Shown here piece after piece: positions 24,911-38,629 of a stretch of DNA of 64,000 nt. Where the stretch lies: positions 62,062,001 through 62,126,000 of the forward strand of contig OX597819.1 in assembly GCA_951406725.2 (NCBI GenBank). Reading direction: 5' to 3'. Within the stretch, counting starts at the first letter, position 1. Each line of letters starts with the position of its first letter. Below the pieces are notes generated by a model, which was not told the origin of the DNA, did no database searches, and saw only the letters and a program-made list of their open reading frames with translations. Source of the stretch: Octopus vulgaris (lineage: Eukaryota). The position numbers and the translations under genes are program-made.

Positions 24911-26224
24911 TTAAGTCATCTGTGTATTTAGTCAGAAATATGGTAACAGAAAGGTTGAAATAAGAAGTTTTGCTTCGTAGAATCAGAAGTGATCTCTGGC
25001 AAGTTGGTATGAAAAGATTTAAGGTGATCTTAACCCTTTGACTGCCTAATTAAATTTCATGGCCATTCCTGTAATTATCCCTCCGCGCCACCAAAAAGAG
25101 AATTCATATTTTCTACTTCTTTAATGCTTTTTTCAGCATCTTCTGTAGGTACGAGTTTACATATCTGTCACTAGATGTATTTGATTTTTGCTCCAAAAAG
25201 AGGTGATGATGTAGGGGGAAAATTAAGGAAATCTGAAAAATTGTCTTTTGTAAAAAGTGCCTCTGGGGGTGTCTTCATTTCTTGTAGCACAAGGAAAAGG
25301 TTTTTTTTTTCAAATCCATGAGGTAAAACCACTTTAAGCAGCTAATGGAATGCAATTTTGAGTGTATATATCCATTTTCTGCATTCAACAGATTAATTAA
25401 ATCCTTCCATCAAGATTACATTAGTTCCAAAACCTATCTCGATAATGACTAAGTTATTTTACTAAATTCTTCACTATCTTCAAAATTAATTGCAAACAAA
25501 GGTAGTGTATTTGGTCAGAAATATGGTAACAAAAGGATTGAAATAAGAAGTTTGCTTCATAGAAGCAGAGGCAGTCTAAGGTAGGTTAGTTCTAAAAGGG
25601 TTAAAATGATCTCAAAACCGTCTACTAAAATTTCATGTTTATTTGTTCTAAACACCAGATTAATAATGACAAAGTCAGTTTACTAAATCCTTAATCATTT
25701 TCGAAATTAACTGAAACAAAAGCAAAACATTTCAATAAAAATATGGTTACAAAAAGAAGGTGGCAAGCCAGCAGAATCGTTAGCATCCTGGGTAAAATGC
25801 TTAGCAGTATTTCATTTGTCTTTATGTTCTGAGTTCAAATTCCGACAAGGTCGACTTACCTTTTATCCTTTTGGAGTCAATAAATTAAGTACCAGTTGTG
25901 TACTGGGGTCGATCTAATCGACTGGCCCCTTCCCCCAAAATTTCAGGCCTTGTAACTAGAGTAGAAAAGAAATATAGTAACAAAAGTGCCAAAGAGTTTG
26001 AATGATGTATTCTTTGAGTTACTTTTCTTTCAATGTTGGACATTCTGCTTTCATTATGTCATATTGATGATGTTCCCTGACAATATATAATTTTTTGCTA
26101 ATAGTCTTTTAGTCTTCTAGTTATTTCAGTCATTGGAATGCAACCATGCTGGGGCAATCTATTGAATGATTTAGACAATCAAATCAATCATAGAATTCAT
26201 ACTTTTTAAAGTCTGGTGCATACT

Positions 26225-26915
26225 TCACTGACAACCACTTCTGACTCTTTCCAGTGGTATGGCAAGGAGCAGAGTCCTGCTACTAAACATATGGCTTTCA
26301 ACAGCAACCCTCTCCAACCAGGATTTGACCACAGTCTTCAGCATCTTCACATAGCCATCTGAATTGAGCCTAAGACCCAGTTCAAAGATGTGGGAGCGAC
26401 ATGATGTCACCCTCAATGGCAGTTTGGGGAAACTTGGTTTTCATGATGTCCATATCGTGTCTTAGAGGAGGTTTTGATACTCAGCATGAATCATCATGTT
26501 ATGGGTAACTCTTTCCCAATATCCAAATGGTTTAAGATGGTGCGCTGGCAGAATTGTCAACATGCCAGGCAAACTGCTTAGCAGCATTTCGTCTGACCTT
26601 ATATTCTGAGTTCAAATTATGCTCAGCTTCCTTTTGCCTTTCATCCCTTTTGAGTTGATAAGTACCAACTGGGTACTGGGGTTGGGGGTGAATGTTATCA
26701 ACTTGCTCTCACCCCCAAACTAACTAGCCTTGTGACAAAATTTGAAACCAATATTCAGATAGCTTTCAGTCCTCTATACCTGCTATATTTTCTCAACTGC
26801 AGCTTTAATTTTTATGCTCTCTAATGCCTTTGACACCTCAATACACCAAGCTGCTTCTGAAAAAAAAAAAAAAAAAGAAAACAAAAATCGTCACATTTAG
26901 CCTGAAGACCTTGTA
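26225..26915 (-). mobile_element. maT/mariner (DD37D-like) transposon relic, interrupted by a SINE
   Basis: SHIFELGLRLNSDGYVKMLKTVVKSWLERVA and KTKFPQT motifs. The terminus gtcacatttagcctgaagaccttgta matches the 56030-57229 element. Confidence 0.7.
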
Positions 26916-28773
26916 TATGAATATAGTGTAGCGTGTTAAGTACTTAATGCTGTTAACATTTGTGTGTTGTATGAAATAGCAATGTGAATTACTGAGAGGG
27001 AGAGGAGTACTATCTTTTGCCCTGCAAATCATTATTGTCAGCATCTATTGCAGAGGCAAAGAATGTTATGCCATCAAGAACATGAAAGCAGGGGAAATAA
27101 CTCTAGTGTTAATTGCCTGTTATCAATGCAGCTCACCAGCAGACAAAGAAAAGTTACAAAAAGTGTTTGTAATTGAATAGGAGCCATCTTGAAGCAAGAC
27201 TAATGCAAAACAAGAGTTGCTTTGAAGCTCCAATGTGCAGACCTTTCTCTATACGTGCAAATTCTTTAGCCATATTTTTTGCAGTCAGTCAGAGTAGTGC
27301 TTCGATATCCTCTTCTTGCACTTGCAGCTCAAACATCATCAGATTTTCATTAGACACACTTTTTTCATTAGACAAGTATCTCAGGAAGGGGCCAGTCGAT
27401 TAGATCGACCCCAGTAGTGGTTACCAGACTTTAAACCCTTTGAAAAATAAAAGAAGTAAAACTTATCCGAAGTGGACATTTATGGCATGCTATTTCTTTG
27501 AAGAGCTTATTATGAACTCCTCTTGAATTTTTATGATGCACTAAAGGTTTGGATCCCTATCAGTAAAGATTTCAGACCTTCCTCTATACGTACAAATTCT
27601 TTAGCCATATTCTTTGTAGTCAGTTAAAGTGGTGCTTTGATATGCTCTTCTTGCACTTGCAGCTCAAACATCATCAGATTTTCGTTAGATACACTTTTTT
27701 CATTTAGCAAGCTATGGTATCCCAGTATCTCAGGCACACCATCAATGGTATCTTCAAGCTCTACATAATTTTTCTGTGTTGCAGTGTCTTACTGAACTTG
27801 ATGAAGACTTTTTGCCGATGGAAAACTTCCAAAGTTATGGATATAAATCATAGCAGAAATATTGGAAGAGTGCCAATCACCAACTCATTGACTAGAAATT
27901 GAGACTGAATTTCTGTGTTCAGATGTAAAAATAACTATAAACACTTAAACAGGATTTTGTCAGGGATTGAAAACATCAGCAAGCAGTTAGCCATTCAAAT
28001 TTCTGGTAGACAGATTATGAACTTGTTTTTATCAGTGGCTGGGTCGACTGGCAAAAACACATTAGACCCAGCAGATGCTCAGCTCGTTAGAATCTCATTT
28101 GTTGTAAACACCCTAACCATTTTTGGATAAACAACATATTGGAATGTTATTAACGATTTTGTCTCTGGCACCTTTTTTGACAGAACATGGATCGTGACAC
28201 AACAAAACCCAGTTACTGCAGGAACTCACGTCATTCAGCTTCGGCTACAGAATGCAACAATTACTACGCTTCACTATCATTGTTGACACACTAATTGATT
28301 CATTTGGTGTTTATATCCCTCTTCTGTCGTTCATTGTAACGACAACAATTTTTTATAAACGATAAATAAATATTTTTTGTATATGGACATCATACAAATT
28401 TTTGTTTTATTAACCAACCAAATATTTTGTCATTATAACTTTGATCATGCATTTTGCTGAACACCATTCATAGCCAAGTATTTTACTTTGTCCCATAATT
28501 TGTCTCCATTATCCACTGCATCCATAATGTTTAACATTTTCCAGGAGGCTTTAACGATAGGTTTATCTTTTTCATCAATTGCTTTTCTCAGATAATATGC
28601 CTGGAAGTTAGCTATGTCATTTTGACCCTTTAGTTTCAGCAAAGAAGTATTTTTGACATTATATTTTGCCTTCTCATTATCAGAAAGATCGATTAAGTTC
28701 CCTTGGTAGTTTAGTGGATTTTCTGAAAATATTACACCTAGTACTGTAGTTTTTCTACAGAGGAAAAAAAGTT

Positions 28774-29124
28774 GGATCTTTACCTTTTGACCTACAGATT
28801 TAAAAAATAAATGTTTGTAACTAAACACTTTCAAACTTTGGACACTGGTAGAATGTGTCTTATAAAATATCTTTTACTCTTAGCATTTTTGAGAAAAACT
28901 TATATTTACGAAGTTATTTCACATTAAAGTTCTTGTATTTCGGTAATTTCAACCAATCAATGACGTGTATTCAGCTGAATAAAATTACTGCTGTTGTTTG
29001 TCAACAACAACTATCAGCGGTGTATTTTTCATTTGTCACTATTATTTATGACATCATTCGTGTGTTTGTACTGGTTTTAAGGTTTTAGGGTATGGGTTAG
29101 GGTTTTAGGGTCAAGGTTTTAGGG

Positions 29125-29155
<31 letters not shown>

Positions 29156-29651
29156 CTAGGGTTTTAGGGTTAGGGTTAGGGTTTTAGGGTTAGAGTTTTA
29201 GGGTTAGGGTTAGGGTTTAGAGTTAGGGTTAGGGTTTTAGGGTTAGGGTTTTAGGGTTAGGGTTAGGGTTTTAAGGTTAGGGTTTTAGGGGTAGGGTTTT
29301 AGGGTTAGGGTTTTAGGGGTAGGGTTTTAGGGTTAGGGTTAGGGTTAAGGTTTTAGGGTTAGGGTTAGGGTTGTCATAAATAACAGTGACAAACGAAAAA
29401 TACACCGCTGGAAGTTCTTGTTGACAAACAACAGCAGTAATTTTATTCAGCTGAATACACGCCATTGGTTGGTTGAAATTACCGAAATACTACAATTTTA
29501 ACGTGAAATAACTTCCTAAATATAAGCTTTTCTCAAAAACGCTAAGAGTAAAAGATGTTTTATATGACACATTCTACCAGTATATGAAGTTTGAAAGTGT
29601 TTAGATACAAAAAATTCTTTTTTAAATCTGTAGGTCAAAAGGTAAAAATCC
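28774..29651. mobile_element. Foldback/MITE with ~280-bp terminal inverted arms enclosing a telomere-type array; 7-bp TSD aaaagtt
   Basis: Arms 28774-29053 and 29372-29651 are reverse complements (GGATCTTTACC.../...GGTAAAAATCC), and aaaagtt flanks both sides. Confidence 0.9.
29073..29372 (+). repeat. Interstitial telomere-like array of TTAGGG/TTTAGGG/TTTTAGGG
   Basis: Directly visible ~300-bp G-rich array. Confidence 0.97.
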
Positions 29652-31269
29652 AAAAGTTTGTCAACCGGTATTGGAAAAGACTTATAGTCATCCAAGCATT
29701 CTAATTTGAATGCCAAATCGCAAGTATATTATACAAATACTTGAAAAAGAAAAAAAACCCTTCATTTTAGGAGAAAATATATGTGGGAGACTTAATATCA
29801 TGGCAGCAGCAGCAGCTTTTCTTTTTATTAAAAGAGTCAGACAATTTTTAGAAGTTTGAAAAGCTTGGTATTGAGCTTTCTTCAGTCTAAGTACAAATCC
29901 TAGTAGACATGCGTTTCCAACAAGCCCAGTTTCATCAACGTTTTACACTTGTTCTGGTTTGTAAACTTGTTCATCGATAATTTTCTACAACTCTGAAGTT
30001 AATTAGTTGCAGTCTCTGCGCCAGTTCTCCTATTGTACTTTATTTCTTCTCATCCACCTGCCTGTCTATCTTACTAATGGCATTACCCTGTTATCTTACT
30101 AACCGTTTTAATGCTGTGCAATTCAAGACACCTCTTAAACCAATGATGTCAAACTTGTTTGGTTTTGCGGGACAGTGAAGAACAATTATTCCTGAAAATT
30201 CCTATCTATAATGTAGGCCAAAGTAAATGAAAAAAGAAAAAGCGTCAATATACATTAAAACAACCTTATTGGCAATGTGAGGTGTTAATAAAGTTTGTAG
30301 GCACAGTTACCCCGCTTGACACCGGGTTCAAATAAGCCGGCCACGTAGAGGGGGCGTTATGCAACATTAAGTTTCAGACATTCACTTCTGTCGCTTTCTG
30401 CACTGGGATGCGAACTATGAAGACACAACCTGACTGGCCCTCTCATATCACACGCCAGCTAGCAGATAGGAGTAAAAGCCCTGAAGACCATGCCCTCTAC
30501 GCACTAACCATTCCATTTATCATTCAGTTGTGCATATACATGTGGCCACATTAAATGTATACAAAATTACAACCTTTTTTATATATTCTTCATCCGGGTT
30601 TCCTACCAAATGAGATCACAACCTTCTGAGTGAGTCACATTAAGTGGCTCAACAACTAACTACCCATCTATAAGTTTATATGTAGAGGTGTGTGTGTGTG
30701 TGTGTATGGTGGGGGAATTCATCAATGTTGCATATATACAGTTGTATTAAGTGTTTTTAAAGTCAAAACGAAAATAGAAAAGTTTAATAGAAAGATTGAA
30801 GTATTTCAGCTGCAAAACCTTTCTGTATCGTTCAAAATCCATTTGGATGTACATGTGTGTAAATTTGAAATAAATAAACCACCCGTTTTCCTTGACGTGT
30901 GAAGGGGGGAGGCAAAAAAGCCACATCTTTTGGTATATGAATCCACAAGCTTCTTTTTACTTTGGTTACGATAAAGAATTCCTTTAGGTGGTTTGATTTT
31001 GATTAATAGGGGCCGGTATTAATCAGTTTAGTTGGATGCATACTTCGTTAACCATATCATATATAGTAACGGTATATATTTTACAAAATATTTAAATGTT
31101 AAAAAATAATGCTAAAAATTATTTTTTATAAAATTGAGCTGGGGGCCAGACTAAACATTGCTACGGGCCATATGGTTCATACCCCTGTTTTAAACCTTTT
31201 AAACCAACCTTGCACGTTTGCAAATTATCATGCAAACTTTTAACCTTCGCTTGGATCGTTCAATCCAAA

Positions 31270-31660
31270 AGGCGGCGAGCTGGCAGAAACGTTAGCACGC
31301 CGGGCGAAATTCTAAGCGGTATTTCGTCTGCTGCTACGTTCTGAGTTCAAATTCCACCGAGGTCGACTTTGCCTTTCATCCTTTCGGGGTCGATTAAATA
31401 AGTACCAGTTACGCAATTAGGTCGATATAATTAACTTAATCCTTTTGTTTGTCCTCTCTGTGTTTAGTCCCTTGTGGGTAGTAAAGAAATAGGTATTTCG
31501 CCCATTGCTACGTTCTGAGTTCAGATTCCGCTGAGATCGACTTTGCCTTTTATCCTTTCGGGGTCAATGAAATAAGTACCAGTTATGCACTGGGGTCGAT
31601 GAAATCTATTATCCCCCTCCACCAAATTTCAGACCTTATGCTTATAGTAGAAAAGTATTA
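31270..31660 (+). mobile_element. tRNA-derived SINE family B (CpG-intact copy; others at ~2058-2200, 10015-10195, 12220-12470, 25760-25970, 34435-34975)
   Basis: ggcggcgagctggcagaaacgttagcacgccgggcgaaat head, B-box gagttcaaattcc, and the gcctttcatcctttcggggtcgat central domain. Confidence 0.8.
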
Positions 31661-32319
31661 CGTCCAATCCCATCATTGGTCTACACGCTTAGGAACCGTT
31701 CCATTTTAATCGTTATTCTAGCTCTATGAAAAAAAAAAAAAAAGAAAAAGAAAAAAATGTCAACGCATTTAACGGATTGTCCATCTTTAATGAGATATAT
31801 TTTTCCTGCTGCAGGCGTTGTTTTTATCAATATGAATGATTTATTTTTCTGCAACATGAAACCTTTGTTAAAACAGCAAGTTTAATGTTCAATATAATAC
31901 CTTTATGAATCCTTTTCATATTATTGCATTAATTTCCACTTGAAAGTCATCCCATTACTTGAGTCAAAGCTGAACTGTATTGGATAATTTACATCTTTCT
32001 GATGATTGTGAATTATCCAGTACGTTTCTTTATAAGCGGTACAAACTTCGCCATTAACAAGATTCATTGGGCTTGCCTAAATATTTAAACAGGCCCGACA
32101 AATGTGGGATTTTTCTATAGACACATTTAGAGTCACTTTCTTAAATGAAACCAAAGGTAGCTTGCATATTTGCATATGAATACTTATGGTATAGCTGTTA
32201 ATAAATAATACGTATAAATGTATGTATGTATGTATGTATGTATGTATGTATGTATGTATGTATGTATGTATGTATGTATGTATAAACACACACACAGACA
32301 TACACACAAACACATATAG

Positions 32320-32739
32320 GAATCTTTTCAGTTTTTAAGATAATTTCTAGGTGACTAAAATATTTTAAACTTCGTATACTGGTAGAATGTGTTTATAAAA
32401 CATCTTTTTCTCTTGGCTTTATTGAGAAAATTCTATAGTTCGTAAGATATTTGTTGTTTTTTTGTTCAATTTCTGCAATTTCAACCAATCAATGACGTCC
32501 ATTGAGGTAAAAAAAACAAAACATTCTGTGCCGTATGAATATGTCCCTCGTTTAAGACACAGATTGGGTTCATTTACATTTGTGAAGAAAAAAAGATACC
32601 CTTCCCCCACCCCTAACCCTAACCCTAACTAACCCTAAAACAGATTGAAATGCAATTGATCGATACTAGGGTCATAATTATGGGTGACAATTTCATATGA
32701 CACCGCTAGAAAAAACTGCCGTTCAAACCGAAACGATCC
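32320..32739. mobile_element. Related non-autonomous DNA element with short TIRs and (CCCTAA)n
   Basis: Termini gaatcttttcagttt / aaaccgaaacgatcc and flanks catatag/aatatag. Shares ctggtagaatgtgt...tgagaaaa...aatttcaaccaatcaatgacgt with the 28774 arms; CCCTAA repeats at 32612-32638. Confidence 0.7.
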
Positions 32740-33650
32740 AATATAGTAATAGGCACTCGTCGATCTCGAGAGACTACGGACCTGCTCTCGAAGAAATTGT
32801 GTCGGCTGCTGGTGGTGGTGCAGCGTCTACTATAACTGCAGAGGACCACACGGGAGTGACAGTCACGTATACAGCGACTGTATTTGAAGGAGCTCTCTAC
32901 TGGTGTTACAAGATTTTCTTTCCGTCGAGAGACTCGTTGGCTCACAAATACACCCATACCCACTTTCTCTTTCCCACTTATGCTCACCTTATATCTTGAG
33001 ACTTTCTCTGCCACTCCATCATTACTTTTTATTTATTCAACTCCACCGACCCATCCTGATATAATGCGAGGTAGCCATGCATCTCTTCTATAGCAAGACA
33101 TCTGTAGCTTGTCTCTTCATCATACTTTAGCCTTTTGACACCTGGCATAAAGGCACCCTCGCCTCACTTAGTAGCGAGAGCTTTTTCTTTTTCCTCTGTT
33201 CTTTTTCTGTTTTGCAAATTACTCAGCAACCTCACCGATGCCGGTGGCACGAAAATGAGCACCAAATACACACGGTAATGTAGTTGGTAATTTAAAGGAC
33301 TGCCAATCATAGAAACCATGCCAAGGCTGGCACTGGAACTCAGCGCGGCACTGCGGATCGCCGGATCTTGTGCAACCATCTAACCCATACTAGCATGGAA
33401 AAGAGACTTTAAATGAGATCCGTCGTTACATGTACGTATGTATGTATGTATGTATGTATGTATGTATGTATGTATGTATGTATGTATGTATGTATGTATG
33501 TATGAATGAATGCGTATGTATGCATATATAGATGTATATGTATGTATTCCTGTACCCATATATGCATGTATATATACATATATATGTAGGTATGTACGTA
33601 TATGTATGTATATATGCATATATTTATATATTATTTATATTATATTATAT

Positions 33651-33692
<42 letters not shown>

Positions 33693-35145
33693 ACACACAC
33701 ACACACATAATGTAATATATGTGTGCATATATGTCTGTATGTACATATATATTTTATATGCACACACACGTGCATATATATGTATGACATCACTAACAAT
33801 TCGAGTAGCCGTATCTCCTAAAAGGTCAAAAGTCCACTGGATATTTACTTGCAGATATCTAAGTTCTCTAACTTCTTACAGTAAAAAGTGTTGTATCTCC
33901 GTGACCTTTACAATTCAAGATACTAAAACGTACGAACTGTCGTAACACTAGAGTAATTTTGTTAAATGGCAGTAATAATGAGAGTTTTGACTATTGAAGA
34001 TAATTTTCTTCAAACTTTGTTATGTGCAAATAAGCAGTCTGCGTACTGTTCACAAACAATTCGTCAACAGTTCTGTCTAGCTCACCACGGGAATGTTGCT
34101 GGTTTTTTCTCCATATTACCGTATTTTAACGTGTATAAGGAACCCTTTTTTGTCAAAAATTAGGTTAAAAAAATATAGGAGTTTTTTTTATACATGGATA
34201 GTATTATAATCCCTTGCAAAACCTTTTTTTATGAATTTTAAACCCTTAAAATTAAGGGGTTTCTCATACACAATGGTTCATTATACGTGTTAAAATCCGC
34301 TCGTTTGAATTGTGGAATCAAGAGTATGAAGATCAATGAGGAGTGTAGAGTTAGACTAAGCTCGAACTTGTATAGGTTGTAATTGAGAATTCCTTGCTAA
34401 AAGAGAAAAAAAAACCCCAAAACGTTGAAATTTCTTTTCTACTCTACGCATAAGGCCTGAAATTTTGGGGGAGGAGGCCAGTCGATTAGATCGACCCAGT
34501 ACGTAACTGGTACTTAATTTATCGACCCCGAAAGGATGAAAGGCAAAGTTGACCACGGCGGAATTTGAACTCAGAACATAAAGACAGACGAAATACAGCT
34601 AAGCACTTCGCCCGGCTTGCTAACGTTTCTTATTTCTTTATTGCCCAACATAGGGGCTAAACATAGAGGGGACATACAAGGACAGACAAAGGGATTAAGT
34701 CGATTCCCGTGTGTAATTGGTACTTAATTTATCGACCCCGAAAGGATGAAAGGCAAAGTTGACCTCGGCGGAATTTGAACTCAGAACATAACGGCAGACG
34801 AAATACCTATTTCTATTTCTTTACTACCCACGAGGGGCTAAACACAGAGAGGACGAACAAGGACAGACACACGGATTAAGTCGATTACATCGACCCCAGT
34901 GTGTAACTGGTACTTAATTTATCGACCCCGAAAGGATGAAAGGCAAAGTCGACCGTGGCGGAATTTGAACTTAAAATACTTTCTAACTTTCTAATTTTGT
35001 GTGATAAGAAGCTTGCTTCCCAACCACATAGTTCCTGGTTCAGTCTCACTGCGTGGCACTTTGGGCAAGTGTCTTCTACTATAGTCTTGGGCCGACCAAA
35101 ACTTTGTGAGTGGATTTGGTTGACGGAAACTGAAAGAAGCCCGTC

Positions 35146-35193
<48 letters not shown>

Positions 35194-35385
35194 TGTTCCC
35201 CAACATCGCTTGACAACCGATGCTGGTGTGTTTATGTCCCCGCAACTTAGCGGTTCGGCAAAAGAGACCGATAGAATAAGTACTAGGATTACAAAGAATA
35301 AGTCCCGGGGTCGATTTGCTCGACTAAAGGCGGTGCTCCAGCATGGCCACAGTCATCATTTGACTGAAACAAGTAAAAGAGTAGA

Positions 35386-35434
<49 letters not shown>

Positions 35435-37264
35435 CACACACACACACACACACATATATGTATATGTTTGTGTGTCTGTGTTTGTCCTCTAACCATCGTG
35501 TGACAACCGATGTTGGTGTGTTTACGTCCCCATAAACTAGCGGTCGGGCAAAAGGTACCGATAGGATAAGTACTAGGCTTACAAGGAATAAGTCCTGGCG
35601 ATCGATACGTTCGACTAAAAGGCGGTGCTCCAGCATGGCCGCAGTCAAAATGACTGAAACAAGTAAAAGAATAAAGCTAGTAATTTTTTGGGGGTGGGGT
35701 GGGGAGGGGGAAAGTCGATTATATCGATCTCAGTACTTGATTGGTATTATTTTGTCGCTTCTGTAAGGAAGAAAGGGACAGATGACCCCGGCGGGATTTG
35801 AAATCAGAACGGAAGGAGTCAGAATAAAGGTCGCAAAGCATATGGTCTGAGGTTTTAACGATTCTGCCAATAACACAAAGTAACTTGCATGGGACCTCGA
35901 CTTTATAACACCCCCTCCCAAGACCCAGTTAAACGATAAGGGGATATGCGAATCACGTAGTCACAATTTATAAATTCACAATGGACGGTGTCTTAGTAAG
36001 TCAAATTAGATGGGACCAAGGCGTCAGAGTCGCAGAGTAATGAAAGCAAATGAAGAAAATAATTTTAGAGCAACAGTGTAGTTGAAACGGTGTATCATTG
36101 ATGAAGTTTTAGAACAGATAGGTTGTATTCCATATAATGTGATTCTACTCAGAAGGCTCTAATATCATTTGACAGGAACACGGTATAAAGAAATACATGG
36201 AACAAGGAGGTAACTTTAAATGTCTTTGATGCCAGCCACATATATATATACACAAGCTGAATGATAAACTGAAGTGGCTGATGGACATTTATTCATATAT
36301 CTACATGCATCTATGTGGGTTGTATGTTTGCCGTTAACCCTGGTGAGTTCAGGAACAGCGATATGTTAAAAGCTGTGCAGTGTGTTGGTGTTGTGTAGAT
36401 GTTGTTAACGACGTTGGTGAGAGACATGATGGTGGTGACAAAGATGGAGGTTGCTATAATGTTGTCAGTGGTTAGACCTTAGAAGGTCTAGAACCAACAG
36501 ACCCCGAAACTAGGAGGAGGTGAGTTTTTATAGCCAAAAGGTTGGCTCAAATATAGTTTAGAACAAACTGTCTCACGTGATTTATTTGGAAGCTGCGATT
36601 GATTGGGTTGCACACTGGCACACGATAGAGTAAAAGACAAATTGAACTAACAGCAACTAATCAGAGTGGTAGACACAACGGTATCCAAAACAGTGCCCAA
36701 AGGTTAGCTGTTACCTGCTACATTCGTATGTATGTATATATAATAAGGAGAGGAAGTTCTCTTGAGTTCGCTACAAAGTTTTAAAAAAGCTTGCCGTTCT
36801 CTGCTTAATGCAAGCAATATCGAAAAGTTACCCTATTTTCTACGAAGAGTTGGCAACAGATGTGCCTGTCATAAAAAAAATGTGCATTAAATGTTGTATA
36901 ACTTGACATTCTTATATATTGAAATTATTGTGTAAGCCTAAAAAAGTCGTTAAACTTAACATTTTTTTAATAGATTGAAATAGTTGTACGTCCACATTTT
37001 CACCTTACAAAAGTAAACCTAAAAAAAAACATACTAGATTGTGATTGTATACGTGTGCATGTATGCGAATTACAATGTGGTTCAGAAAATAGATTTGCTA
37101 GTCACATGGTTTTAGGTAAAATCCACTGAGTGGCGCGAGTTTACCAATTTTTTGGTAGTGAAATTTATTGGATGAAAACTAAAAGGATGTCTTTTACGTA
37201 TGTATGTATGTGTGTATGTATTTCACAGCCGTAGGTTTTTTTTTATCTCATTACGGAAAAAATT

Positions 37265-37326
<62 letters not shown>

Positions 37327-38629
37327 AAGTGAACTGGAATGACATTATATAATCCACAAAAGAACTTCGACAAATATCGTTTATCTGAAAATTGAAATGT
37401 GGGAAGCTTTTTCTCGCCACAACTCTACTTATCTGAAAATCCTCAAAATATCCGTAGAGTATATATTGTAACGAATATAGAAGAACGGAGTTAGCTAATT
37501 ATTTGAATATATCGTTTACAATAGTTTCATCATTCTCTATAGTAACCAATCTTGCGTCATGGAAACTATTGTTGGAGAAATAAAGGATTTCCTTTATAGC
37601 ACTAGATGAGGTCGATTCTTCAGAATTTCACAAAATGTAATATGCTTGTTGATTCTGTGACCTTGCGGATGAATACCCACCAACAGTTCCAAATTGGGCA
37701 GGTCTAATTAATTTCATTTGTGCAAGAGAAACAACGGAATAAGGAAGTAGTAGTTAAATTTGACAAGAAAATTAGCTTCATTCCATGTTATTAATTTTGC
37801 TTGTCGTTATAAAACAATATCCTACTGTGTTGCCAACTATAAATTTTTTGGATGTCTTAAGTTGCCGACTATATTTACTGACATATCGCAACATATTAAC
37901 TACAATGAAAGGTGATGAAACGATTGTACTTAATCCCACGTCTTACCTGGCTCTCTTTTCTTTCCCTAGACCAACAAATTGCCTTTCCAGCAGACCACCT
38001 TCCGTCTATTCGACCGCCTCCAATCAAGCTCTGTCAGTTTCCGTGTCTTCCCTCGTTTAAGCGCGCTCGCAAACTTCGTAACTTTCTCCTCTCACATCCT
38101 CGGATTTATCTCCTGCTCTCGTCTTCACTTCTACATTTACCCTTTCTTTTACAACACCATCTTCATCGGACTCAATTATTGTACTCTTTGCGTTGCACCT
38201 CCACCAATCTTATTCTACGCGCCACAAAACTGGCTAACAACTGAAGTAAAGTGCATTGCTAAATGTATACTTCGTCTTCCTTTCACACAACCACTGCCTT
38301 CTCACCACATCCTTCATCAACTGCTGTAGTTCTAGGACGTCAGTCTTGTTTTTGATCTGTCACACTTGTGTCTCCTTTGGGATGTCAATCGGAGGGCTTG
38401 CGTTGTAATGTTTGAAATAGGTTTCCGTAGGATGTGTCCCAGCTAACCCCATTTCCCCTTCAACAGAGATTCTACGAGAAGTAGCCGTCCGCAAAAAGAA
38501 GAAAACCGAACTTAACTGCAAAACAAGAGCAAGCAAAGCAGAGAAACAAAGAGAGAGAGAGAGAGTACAACCGAAGTCCCCTAGGCTGTGAAATGAAGTG
38601 TAAAAAGAAACAAGAGAAACAATATAGAG

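Larger units (their letters stand above)
27170..30160 (-). pseudogene. Tigger/pogo transposase relic (DDE_1), fragmented by nested insertions, with a duplicated C-terminal piece
   Basis: Collinear motifs KIIDEQVYKPEQV*NVDETGL..WKRM (~29900-29990), NAWMTISLFQ (~29660-29715), NTSLL..GQNDIANFQAYYLRK..WK..NIMDA (28445-28660) and LTAKNMAKEFARIEKGL (27240-27290; second copy ~27575-27630). Confidence 0.8.

Noticed and set aside
29073-29372. True telomere or chromosome-fusion scar
   Set aside because: Single orientation, enclosed by inverted arms and a TSD within a Tigger relic, so it is transposon cargo.
30339-30358. CTCF-like motif ccacgtagagggggcg near the CpG-domain edge
   Set aside because: Spacing deviates from the consensus and cannot be supported without a PWM scan or ChIP data.
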